Source: an uncultured Mycoplasmatota bacterium
GTDB taxonomy: Bacteria > Bacillota_I > Bacilli_A > RF39 > UBA660
Direction of reading: 5' to 3'
Length of the DNA stretch: 64,000 bases
NCBI GenBank assembly: GCA_900549285.1
Contig: URNW01000003.1
Location: 7,975 to 71,974 of the forward strand
Made by a program: the position numbers and the translations under genes. The stretch's first letter is position 1, and each line of letters opens with the position of its first letter. Below the pieces are notes generated by a model that worked only from the letters and a program-made list of their open reading frames with translations, did not search any database and had not been told where the DNA came from. Of this stretch, positions 27,223-36,276 are shown in pieces.

Positions 27223-30200
27223 CTATTTCCAAGATGGACCAATCATATCTTCTTCAGATATACCTTTATCCCATATAGAGAAATATTCAAAATTGTCATC
27301 ACTTTCTGTTCTATAATGATTACCCATTATTAAACTACGATTATTAACAATTTCTAAATTACTTCCAAATGTTTTACCTTCATAAGAAATCACACCATCT
27401 AATAAATCACTAATGAAAGAACTGTAACAAGCGATTTCTTCATAACCATCTAACGCATAACAAGAAAGTGTACTATTAAGATATCCATTATTATAATCTT
27501 TTTCAGCTTCATCATTATACTCTTTTATAGCTCTAGCAGCACTAGGTGTAATTGTAACACTTAAAATTGGTGTTTCATCATAAATACTATTTCCAGCCTC
27601 TTCTATCTCATCAACTGTAGTAGCAGCCTTATCCGTTGCATCACGATTCCAGTTATATGAATTAGTACCATTAGGGAATAAATTATTTAAAGAAACTACT
27701 CGTTCAATTAATGAAGTTCCAGCATCACTATCATAAATACATCCAGCTCCAATACAATCAGCTATACAGTCATCACCATAACATTCATAATCGCAATTTG
27801 GACCCTTACAATCCGCAAAACATTCATCACCAGTACATTCAGTATCGAAATCACAGATAATTGTATCTTCATCTGTAATACCCATATTAACTAGATAAGC
27901 ACATGCGTATTGAACATTTCCATCTTTATCAACAAAGTCTCCATACTCTTCTTTATTGATAACGGCATTTTTACCACCAATTAATCGACCAAGTTTACCA
28001 TTTTGATCATAGTATTCACCTAAATCAGTCATATTAACGGTATATTTATACATTCCTCTTTCAGTACTTAAACTAACAGGTAATTTATTTTCTAATGCAA
28101 TAGCATCATCACGTTTTTCTCCTTCATCAGCACTTATAATTTCACCACTAGGATAAACATTATAGAACAATGTAGACGGTTTATAATTAGCTTCTATAGT
28201 AGAAGTAACCTTTTTATAACGAGCATCAGATATTTCTTGAGTACTTTCCTTTTTATTTGTTCCACAGCCATCAGTATCACAATAAACATAACTTATAGGA
28301 GTATATTTTGTAGATGAAGAAGTTGATTTAGAACATCTATCATATTGAAGTCCTTTTAATTCTGCTTGAGATTCAGAACCATTACTAGAAACATTAGAAT
28401 TACAATACCACTCAGTAGTATCTTTTCCAGAAACAGAGGCATCCATACTTCCATAATCATTAGCTAAATCTGCCAAATAATCCTCTTCATAATCATAGTA
28501 TACTTCTGGTTCATACTCAATTTCAGTTTCCCATTCTGAGCAAGAATTATACTCTTTAATCGTGTTATCATATTCAGTTTTCAAACGTGATAAATTCCTA
28601 CTTGCAGTATCAATTTTGTTTTGAATTTGCTCTTGGTAATCAGATTTTGTATTAACAGTATCTTTAGAATAAGTCGTAGTAGTACAACATCCACCATCTT
28701 CGTAAATTCTTTCATAAGTTACGCTATCTTCAACATCCTTAGAGCCATAAGTTACTTCCATAATACCAGTGGCAAGTTCAGAGTTACTATATTCTTTAGA
28801 AGCAAATCTACTCTCATTATAATAAGCCCAATTCCGTGCAGTTCCTTCTGTTTTCCAAGTACCATAATAACTCAACCAGTCTGTACAACCACTACAACAA
28901 TGAGGATTTAAAACACCACATGTAGATTCTGAGCAAGCGCTACAAGCGGTTCCATAATCAGTTTCATATATTGTAGGTAATAAAGTAGTCCATTTATTAT
29001 ACTCATTCCACCAGTAGGCCATCTCATATTGAATATCTAACATATCCTTATTATACAAGTCTCTATCAATCGTATTAGTATAACATGTTTTGGTTCCTTC
29101 AACCGCAGCACTAAATGTAAAGTATCTACCTGCATTTACAAGTTTAGCAGTAGGCATAGTCATTGTATAATCTTCTTTACAAGAAACAACACAATACTTA
29201 TTTTGTTCTAATGTATAAGAATTTCCTTCGTCATCCACTGCCCCAGGAACTGAGCCTTTATCAGCAGCGCCTTTATCACCATTACGATCTACCTGTCCAT
29301 CAATTTGGCTAACAAAACAAGCGTAAACTTCATCAGGTCCTTTTATATTAACATCATGATTATCTAATGGAGAAACAATCAAATTATTATCAGCATCACA
29401 GCAATCAAAATTATCAACAACTGTAGGGCATTCTACTTCACAAACTGCTCCAAATTCTTCACAAGCATCATCATCTCCAAATGCACATTCTACTTCAAGT
29501 TCTGCACATTCACCACAATCAGCTTCTAATAATTCTTGACATTCACTACTGCCAATATATCCAGATGCAATACAAGCCTCAATTAAATCATCACAATCAC
29601 AAGCATCAATTAAATAAGTCTCATAAGAACTTGTCCAAGGACTAGGATTTCCATCTGACTCATATACGCCCAAATATCTTTGTGCTTCTTTTTCACCAGA
29701 ATACCAAACAACACCTACATATTTACTATACTCACCAAACTCAGAAGTAGTTGAAGTACCACCAATAGAATATTTAATAGGAGCTTGTCCACACTTTAAT
29801 TTATTTATACTATTATTAGTTGTAGATTCATAGCCTTCAAAATGGACTGTAATTTTAACTGTAGTTACACTATTTTCTTTAAAATATCCTAGTGCAACTA
29901 AATCTTGCCCTAAAATCGATTCGATCTCTCCTCTATTAGTCAAAATTGGTCCATTCTCTATTTCAATAGAAGAAATATAACCAGTTAATCCTTCATATTG
30001 AGTATTATTAGCATAACTAATTCCTGTACCATTTGTACCTTTATTAATAATAAATTTATCATTTAAAGATAGATTAGAAACAACAATAGTATGAACTACA
30101 TCTTTTTGAACAAATACACCATCATTTGTTTCAATCTTTTCAACTTCTGTTGCTTGTGGAAGAACAGAAGTAGTATCAATATCAGTAAGAGAACTTAAAT

Positions 30201-31026
30201 TATTAACATACTCTGTAGCTTTTTGTAATGCACTATAATAATAATTTTTAGCATTCGTCATAGCATTTCCACTCGTAGTGCCAAAATAATATTTTGGATG
30301 AGCACTAAAAGTACTACGTGGAGATAAAGATCCAGCGTTTGCTGCACTAAGAGCACTATTTAAATTATCATAATAAGAAGAATTTTCTGTTAACCAAGTA
30401 TTAACAGCTGTTAAATTAGAATAAAATGCTCCTTTATACTCCAAATTAGCAGTATTATATAAACCAAAAGTATACAAAAGTCCTCTAATTGCTACTAATC
30501 TTGAAAAATAATCTTCAATATTTGAACTAGGAGATCCTAATATTCCATGATCTACTAAAACACTCATAACTGCAACGTCAAAAGCCTTTACTTTAACACT
30601 AGAAGAACTGTCTAATAAAAATCTTTCAGCATATAAAGGATTATATCCTTCATATTGTGCATCTAAACAAAATAAAGCTGATCCAACATATTTATCATAA
30701 TAAGAAGAAAAATAACCATTGTTAACCGTAGAGCCATTAACAACATATTTTATCCCAATATCTCTATAATAGTTAGTAGGATTACCTTTAGCAGTATATC
30801 TGTTATTTGTTCCAACTATAACTTTAGAAGTATTAGTTGCAGATTTTAATTGACTAATAACGCCCTTTGCAGATAATATATTACCATTTTTTGTTGAACG
30901 ACACTGCTCAGAACCATAGCCATCACAACTTGCAGGACTATTTGCAAAAGCGGATGCAGATGGTGCCAAAATAACGAATAATAATAAGGTAATAATAAAC
31001 AAACTAGCATTCTTTAACTTTTTCAT
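27223..31026 (-). CDS. 1267-aa secreted protein with three acidic cysteine clusters, function unknown
   Basis: Signal peptide MKKLKNASLFIITLLLFVILAPSASAFA. One uninterrupted 3.8-kb ORF. Cys clusters at roughly 29385..29610, 28875..28955 and 27735..27860. No LPXTG motif or TM anchor. Confidence 0.8.
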   Translation of the reverse strand: MKKLKNASLFIITLLLFVILAPSASAFANSPASCDGYGSEQCRSTKNGNILSAKGVISQLKSATNTSKVIVGTNNRYTAKGNPTNYYRDIGIKYVVNGSTVNNGYFSSYYDKYVGSALFCLDAQYEGYNPLYAERFLLDSSSSVKVKAFDVAVMSVLVDHGILGSPSSNIEDYFSRLVAIRGLLYTFGLYNTANLEYKGAFYSNLTAVNTWLTENSSYYDNLNSALSAANAGSLSPRSTFSAHPKYYFGTTSGNAMTNAKNYYYSALQKATEYVNNLSSLTDIDTTSVLPQATEVEKIETNDGVFVQKDVVHTIVVSNLSLNDKFIINKGTNGTGISYANNTQYEGLTGYISSIEIENGPILTNRGEIESILGQDLVALGYFKENSVTTVKITVHFEGYESTTNNSINKLKCGQAPIKYSIGGTSTTSEFGEYSKYVGVVWYSGEKEAQRYLGVYESDGNPSPWTSSYETYLIDACDCDDLIEACIASGYIGSSECQELLEADCGECAELEVECAFGDDDACEEFGAVCEVECPTVVDNFDCCDADNNLIVSPLDNHDVNIKGPDEVYACFVSQIDGQVDRNGDKGAADKGSVPGAVDDEGNSYTLEQNKYCVVSCKEDYTMTMPTAKLVNAGRYFTFSAAVEGTKTCYTNTIDRDLYNKDMLDIQYEMAYWWNEYNKWTTLLPTIYETDYGTACSACSESTCGVLNPHCCSGCTDWLSYYGTWKTEGTARNWAYYNESRFASKEYSNSELATGIMEVTYGSKDVEDSVTYERIYEDGGCCTTTTYSKDTVNTKSDYQEQIQNKIDTASRNLSRLKTEYDNTIKEYNSCSEWETEIEYEPEVYYDYEEDYLADLANDYGSMDASVSGKDTTEWYCNSNVSSNGSESQAELKGLQYDRCSKSTSSSTKYTPISYVYCDTDGCGTNKKESTQEISDARYKKVTSTIEANYKPSTLFYNVYPSGEIISADEGEKRDDAIALENKLPVSLSTERGMYKYTVNMTDLGEYYDQNGKLGRLIGGKNAVINKEEYGDFVDKDGNVQYACAYLVNMGITDEDTIICDFDTECTGDECFADCKGPNCDYECYGDDCIADCIGAGCIYDSDAGTSLIERVVSLNNLFPNGTNSYNWNRDATDKAATTVDEIEEAGNSIYDETPILSVTITPSAARAIKEYNDEAEKDYNNGYLNSTLSCYALDGYEEIACYSSFISDLLDGVISYEGKTFGSNLEIVNNRSLIMGNHYRTESDDNFEYFSIWDKGISEEDMIGPSWK

Positions 31027-31793
31027 ACTATCTTACTCCTTTGTTTTCTAATTACCACATACGTAATCAATCCCCCAGCAGCAATTATTATAACTACAAC
31101 TATTATAACAATGACCACATTATCTTTTAAAAACTCAATAAATCCATTCTTTTCTTCTTCTGTAACTGGATTTTTTTCTGTTCCATCAGCATTTAACTTA
31201 CCTGCTTTATATTCTTCAGCTAATCTTAAAAAATCTTCATATGAAATATTATCAATAGAAACAGATAAATATTCATGACATAAATAGAAATCTTCAATCC
31301 CATCACAAATAGCTGTCTCACTATAATTATTATACAGAGGTGTAGTTAAATAAGTCGTATAAAGTTTTGTATCAGGGCAATTAGTAGATGTAGAACTATA
31401 AATCTCTATAGTATAATTAGTACTATAAATATAAACAGCTTCATCAAATGATATTACTCCATCTACTGCATCTGAATAAGTATAAGTAGTAGACTGATTA
31501 GTAGATTGATTAGTAACTACAACATATAAATCTTCTGTAATATTTCTAATGTATATTCTAAAATAAGACTTTTTAGGGACATAATTTTCTTGTTCCTCAT
31601 CTGTTAATCCATCTGGCGGATTAAATCCTTCATCTACAGTAATTTCTTTTTCTATAACTTCATAGTCAACACCCACATTTGCAGCCAAACTATTTAGCTC
31701 ATTTGTCTCAGTAACATCACACGCTGCATAAGCATAAGTACTACTGGCTAAAAACAAAAGTAATGCAAAACTAAAAGCTTTCAATTTCCTCAT
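31023..31793 (-). CDS. Secreted protein with a C-terminal TM anchor, first gene of the Tad-like operon
   Basis: Signal peptide MRKLKAFSFALLLFLASSTYAYA, a Thr/Tyr-rich middle, and C-terminal VVIVIIVVVIIIAAGGLITYVVIRKQRSK. Its stop overlaps the next start by 4 nt. Confidence 0.65.
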   Translation of the reverse strand: MRKLKAFSFALLLFLASSTYAYAACDVTETNELNSLAANVGVDYEVIEKEITVDEGFNPPDGLTDEEQENYVPKKSYFRIYIRNITEDLYVVVTNQSTNQSTTYTYSDAVDGVISFDEAVYIYSTNYTIEIYSSTSTNCPDTKLYTTYLTTPLYNNYSETAICDGIEDFYLCHEYLSVSIDNISYEDFLRLAEEYKAGKLNADGTEKNPVTEEEKNGFIEFLKDNVVIVIIVVVIIIAAGGLITYVVIRKQRSKIV

Positions 31794-31818
31794 AGTATAC
31801 ACCAACCTCATAATTTAA

Positions 31819-31847
31819 ATTATAACATGGCTCAATCATTTTTTCAA
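31819..31847 (-). promoter_or_regulatory. Consensus promoter of the Tad-like operon
   Basis: Minus strand reads TTGAAA, 17 nt, (TGT)TATAAT. Confidence 0.6.
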
Positions 31848-31852
31848 TAAAA

Positions 31853-31886
31853 ATAACGCAAAAAGAAGCCATCATAAAGCTTCTTT
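31853..31886 (-). terminator. Rho-independent terminator after the YfcC-like gene
   Basis: Minus strand reads AAAGAAGC-loop-GCTTCTTT followed by TTGCGTTATTTTT. This separates the transporter from the operon downstream. Confidence 0.6.
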
Positions 31887-33324
31887 AAATAATAGTCATT
31901 AGAATAAAAATTACTAATAAACAAATAAACATTCCAAGTAAAAATCTCCATATATATTTTAACCAATCACTAAATTTAACTTTTAATGAAACAAGTCCAA
32001 TTCCTAAAATCATACTAGTTGGAATAAAGAATTGTACAAATCCATATAAAGAAGTAAAAATAGTATAAACAGGTCCCATATAATCAACATATTCAACTGG
32101 TAAATATGATCCCATAACCCAACCTGTAAATCCTAAATCTGTATGGAAAATATTAAGTAATAAAGATGATAAAGTCATAGTTGCAATATTAAAGCTATCT
32201 GTTAAAGTAAGTAATTTATTTACGATAGTAGCCATATAAGTTGATTGATAAACTACAATCATTAACATATATGCACCAACTATACATAAAGATGGAAGAA
32301 TAAGTTTTTTAATTCCATTTATCACTGCCTCAATAAAATCATTCATTTTAAAACGATAACATAAAGCAAGAATAATAGTAAACAACATTAAAAATGCACT
32401 AATGGTAATATTATTCCATGAACCTAAAGCAGTAATACCAGTTCCAAGTAAATCTTTAAAAATAAAGAACTCATTAGAACTTGATCCTATTTTAATATCC
32501 TCCGTAATCAAAGAGTGAAAATTATCAAAAGCTTCAATTCCAAAATTACCCTTCCAATTAACAAAGCCTAAAATACAAATTGCAAACAATACCACTCCTA
32601 CTACTATAATTGGAATCATATTTTTAGTCTTTTTATTTCGCTCTTCTTCAACTTCAACTGAAAACAAATCAACCGTCAAAGCATCCTTTTCTACTTTACT
32701 CATATGAGTTAATATAAAGAAATTAAATAGTAATAAGCCGATTCCTAAAATTCCTCCTCGTACTAAAAGAGCTGGCATTTCATAAGGAGTACTTTGAGTA
32801 TATCCTAAATAATAATTAAACATAGAAATACCATCTGTACCATAAGTAGCACCCATAACTCCTACTAAAATAGAACCAAATGTTGTAGCTAAAATTGTCA
32901 TTTTATCAAATTTTAAACGGTTTAAAATTGAAATAATAAAAGGAACAAAAATTAATACAACAAAAGTCTGAGTAAGTAAACTAGTTAAAGCTGCTAAAAT
33001 AATTGAAATAACCACTACTGCTACTTTTTTATGCTTAATTTTATGAGCAATTCCTGAGACAATTCTTTCATATGCTTGTGTTTTAGTAAGCACACCATAA
33101 AAAGCTCCAATTGCAAATAAAATCACAATTTTATCTACTGCAAAAGATAAAGCATAATAAATAGTATAAGCAATATCATAGATTCCTAACCTAGCCATTC
33201 CTGTTGAAGAATAACCTGTTGAAGTATATCCTCCTGTTGGAATAACCCAAGAAAGAACAAATGCTAATACAACTAATATTAAAACACCTTTTAAAAGACC
33301 ATACTTTTTTTCTTTTTTCTTCAT
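31885..33324 (-). CDS. YfcC/DcuC-like (C4-dicarboxylate anaerobic carrier family) polytopic transporter
   Basis: About 480 aa with more than 10 TM helices. N-terminus KKYGLLKGVLILVVLAFVLSWVIPTGGY resembles YfcC-family starts. Family call is from recollection only. Confidence 0.5.
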   Translation of the reverse strand: MKKKEKKYGLLKGVLILVVLAFVLSWVIPTGGYTSTGYSSTGMARLGIYDIAYTIYYALSFAVDKIVILFAIGAFYGVLTKTQAYERIVSGIAHKIKHKKVAVVVISIILAALTSLLTQTFVVLIFVPFIISILNRLKFDKMTILATTFGSILVGVMGATYGTDGISMFNYYLGYTQSTPYEMPALLVRGGILGIGLLLFNFFILTHMSKVEKDALTVDLFSVEVEEERNKKTKNMIPIIVVGVVLFAICILGFVNWKGNFGIEAFDNFHSLITEDIKIGSSSNEFFIFKDLLGTGITALGSWNNITISAFLMLFTIILALCYRFKMNDFIEAVINGIKKLILPSLCIVGAYMLMIVVYQSTYMATIVNKLLTLTDSFNIATMTLSSLLLNIFHTDLGFTGWVMGSYLPVEYVDYMGPVYTIFTSLYGFVQFFIPTSMILGIGLVSLKVKFSDWLKYIWRFLLGMFICLLVIFILMTII

Positions 33325-33450
33325 AAATTCCCTCCTAACATTGATTATAATACAAATCATTTTAAAAAAAAAGAAAAAAGTGTTATTTTTCTATGAATTT
33401 TTTGTGAAAAATCATTTTAAAAAAGAAAAATATTCTTTTCTTATCAAAAT

Positions 33451-34089
33451 CTAGTCTTTTTCCTTTAACTTTTCTATTTCTTCAACAGATAATCCAGTAT
33501 ATCCAGATATTTTATCTTTTGAAATGCCATCTTTTAACATATTTTTAGCGATTTCCATTCTTTCTAATTCCACTGCATGATTCTTTGCAATTAACATATT
33601 CCATTTGTTTAGTTTCTCTTGTTTCTCTTCATCATTTACATATTTATGTATCCATTCATGTAATTCCATTAATAACTCATCCCCTTTGGCTATCTTTTCT
33701 CGCTCTTTCTCATCTTTTGTTCCAATAAATTTCAACCATTTTTCTAAGACATTTTTAGTATAGTCTAACTCTCTTGCTTTGTCAATTTGCACTACCTTGA
33801 CACAGAAACGATCTTTCCCTAATTTAATCTTTGAATTATGTTCACTAGTAATATAAAAATTCTCTATTACTTCTTCTCCTAAATCCAATTTGCTATTCTC
33901 TATAAAATTGATCTGAATTGTTTTTCCTAATTCATAGTAATGTTCTCCTACTTCTAATTTATTGTGTAAATATCCCACTGGATATTCCAATATTTGTTCT
34001 AATAAAAATTCTAACTGTCTTCTATTATCTGGATTAGCAAATGTTTCTTTAAATAATAAATCATTCATTAACGTATCTTTATATTTCAT
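33451..34089 (-). pseudogene. Rpn-family gene derivative lacking the nuclease core (second copy)
   Basis: The open frame aligns with copy 1 at both ends (MKYKDTLMNDLLFKETFANPDNRRQLE.. and ..DRFCVKVVQIDKARELDYTKN..KWLKFI..GDELLMELHEWIHKYV..KLNKW). The segment equivalent to GDIIVEFDD..NIEAY.. is missing. May still be expressed. Confidence 0.5.
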
Positions 34090-34277
34090 ATATATTTCCC
34101 TTTCCTGCACCCAATATATAAGAAAAAGAAAAAAGAGTCAAATAACCAATTTAATGTCATTCTCTAATCAAATCATATATTTTCATTAATAAAAAAGTGT
34201 TCTTTCATTTATCAAACTAACATATTTAGTAAAAATTAAAAAAAGACAAATTTTCATTCATCTTTTTTAAAATAATT

Positions 34278-36182
34278 CTAATATAATTTGGCACCAGCTG
34301 GAATATGATCATCAACAATCAAAAGATGCAATCCTTCATGACCGTCTTCCTCATGAACAGCTGAAATAAGCATTCCTTCTGAATCAATACCCATCATTTT
34401 TCTTGTTGGAAGATTCACAATAGCAATAGCGGTTTTTCCAATAAGTTCATCTGGTTCATAATATTCATGAATACCACTTAAAATCGTACGCTTACGATCA
34501 GTTCCATCATTAAGTGTAAATTTAAGAAGTTTACTAGACTTAGGAACTGCTTCACAATTCTCAATTTTAACAGCCCGAAAATCTGACTTAGAAAAGGTAT
34601 CAAAATCGACCATTTCTTCAAAAAGAGGTTCTATTTTAACTTTAGAAAAATCAATCTTCTTATCTTCTAATTTTTCTTTAATACTATTTTTTTCATTTCC
34701 CTCTCTAAGAGGTTTCATAGTTGGGAATAAAATAACTTCTCGAATTGTTTCGCTTCCTGTAAGAAGCATAACCAAACGATCAATTCCCATACCCATACCA
34801 CCAGCAGGAGGCATACCATATTCCAAAGCTTCGACAAAATCAATATCCATGTCGTTAGCTTCATCATTGCCAAGCTCTCTTTCTTTTAGTTGATTTTCAA
34901 ATCTTTCATATTGATCAATTGGATCATTTAATTCTGTAAATGCATTAGCATATTCACTACCAATAATGAATAATTCAAATCTTTGAGTAAATCTAGGATC
35001 ATTAGGATCTTTCTTAGCTAAAGGACTAATTTCAATAGGATGTCCAAAAACAAAAGTTGGCTCTATAATAGTATCTTCAACAAATTTTTCAAAAAAAGCA
35101 TTTACAATATGCCCAAAAGCAAAATGACTTTCTAACTCTACATCATTTTCTCGAGCTAATCTTTGGGCTTCCTCTAAAGTTTTTACATTAAAAAAATTAA
35201 TGCCTGTTTTTTCACGAATAAGATCAACCATATGTGCTCTTTTAAATCCAGGAGCTAAATTAATATGATGTCCTAAAAATTCTACTTCATAAGTACCATT
35301 AAGCTCCATTGCACACGTGCTTATAATACCTTCTGTAACATCCATCATTCCCTCTAAATCTGAAAAAGCTTTATAAAGTTCAATTGTCGTAAATTCTGGA
35401 TTATGTTTACGATCCATCCCTTCATTTCTAAAAATTCGTCCAATTTCATAAACCGCATCCATACCACCAACTAATAATCTTTTTAAATTAAGCTCTGTAG
35501 CAATTCGCAAATACATATCAATATTTTGAGCATTATGATGAGTAATAAAAGGCTTCGCAGAAGCACCTCCTAAAATAGTACCTAAAATAGGAGTCTCTAC
35601 TTCTACATAACCTAAATGATCTAAATAATGTTGAATAGAGCGAATAATTTTTGGTCTAGCAAAAGCTACTTTTCTAGCATCATCATTCATAATTAAGTCA
35701 ACATATCTTCTTCTAAATCTTTCCTCTACATCATTAAGACCATGATACTTCTCAGGTAATGGTTTAAGTGATTTTACTAAATGAGTATATTCTAAACATT
35801 TAACGGTTACTTCTCCTGTTTGAGTAAGCATTACTTTTCCATATACTCCAACAATATCACCAATATCAGCTGTTTTAAATAATGAATAAGCCTCTTCACC
35901 AACGTCATTTATTGAAATATATACTTGAATATTTCCAAGTTTATCTTTCAAAGAGAAAAAACTAGCTTTTCCCATTTTTCGAATAAACATAATTCTTCCA
36001 GCAATTCTAACCATGATGTCTTTTTCTTCTAATTCATCATGAGTAAGACCAACACATTGATCTTTAATATCTTGTGAAAAATCAGTAACTGAAAAACGGT
36101 GCCCAAATGGATCAATTCCAAATTCTCTAATTTTATTAAGTTTTTCTCTCCTAACTAATTCTTGTTCTGTAAACTCACGCAT
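34278..36182 (-). CDS. lysS: Lysine-tRNA ligase (class II) with a C-terminal tRNA-binding-type (Trbp111/MetRS-C-like) extension
   Basis: Class II motifs (FRNEG.D..HNPEFT, GGMGMGIDRLVM). After ..ILFPTMKPL come about 140 aa resembling the OB-fold tRNA-binding domain (DFRAVKIENCEAVPKSSKLLKFTLNDG...ILSGI..YYEPDELIGKTAIAIVNLPTRKMMGIDSEGML). Start at MREFTEQEL. Confidence 0.9.
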   Translation of the reverse strand: MREFTEQELVRREKLNKIREFGIDPFGHRFSVTDFSQDIKDQCVGLTHDELEEKDIMVRIAGRIMFIRKMGKASFFSLKDKLGNIQVYISINDVGEEAYSLFKTADIGDIVGVYGKVMLTQTGEVTVKCLEYTHLVKSLKPLPEKYHGLNDVEERFRRRYVDLIMNDDARKVAFARPKIIRSIQHYLDHLGYVEVETPILGTILGGASAKPFITHHNAQNIDMYLRIATELNLKRLLVGGMDAVYEIGRIFRNEGMDRKHNPEFTTIELYKAFSDLEGMMDVTEGIISTCAMELNGTYEVEFLGHHINLAPGFKRAHMVDLIREKTGINFFNVKTLEEAQRLARENDVELESHFAFGHIVNAFFEKFVEDTIIEPTFVFGHPIEISPLAKKDPNDPRFTQRFELFIIGSEYANAFTELNDPIDQYERFENQLKERELGNDEANDMDIDFVEALEYGMPPAGGMGMGIDRLVMLLTGSETIREVILFPTMKPLREGNEKNSIKEKLEDKKIDFSKVKIEPLFEEMVDFDTFSKSDFRAVKIENCEAVPKSSKLLKFTLNDGTDRKRTILSGIHEYYEPDELIGKTAIAIVNLPTRKMMGIDSEGMLISAVHEEDGHEGLHLLIVDDHIPAGAKLY

Positions 36183-36204
36183 ATCATTCCACCTCTTGTT
36201 TTTT

Positions 36205-36234
36205 ACTATACCACAAAAACCCATAATAAGTAAA
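36205..36234 (-). promoter_or_regulatory. Candidate extended -10 promoter of lysS
   Basis: Minus strand reads TTTACT, 17-18 nt, TGgTATAGT, downstream of a hairpin plus T run (36246..36272) that ends the upstream gene. Confidence 0.45.
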
Positions 36235-36276
36235 CCCAAAATCTAATAAAAAAGCATTAACAACCTTGTTAACACT

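Larger units (their letters stand above)
21454..34200. mobile_element. Candidate genomic island next to tRNA-Asn, bounded by two directly repeated decayed Rpn-family genes
   Basis: Starts at the tRNA 3' flank. Rpn-like copies lie at 21669..22419 and 33451..34089, same orientation, with shared DNA stretches. The accessory-looking cargo (Tad-like operon, YfcC-like transporter) lies between them. No integrase or att duplication seen. Confidence 0.3.

Noticed and set aside
30600-30700. FCLDAQ segment near the N-terminus of the 1267-aa protein, considered as a possible thioester-domain (TED) adhesin motif ((Y/F)C(L/I/V)(E/Q/D)-like).
   Set aside because: I could not find the partner Gln-containing motif (TQxA(I/V)W type) or other TED hallmarks downstream. 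One short match in a 1267-aa protein is not meaningful.
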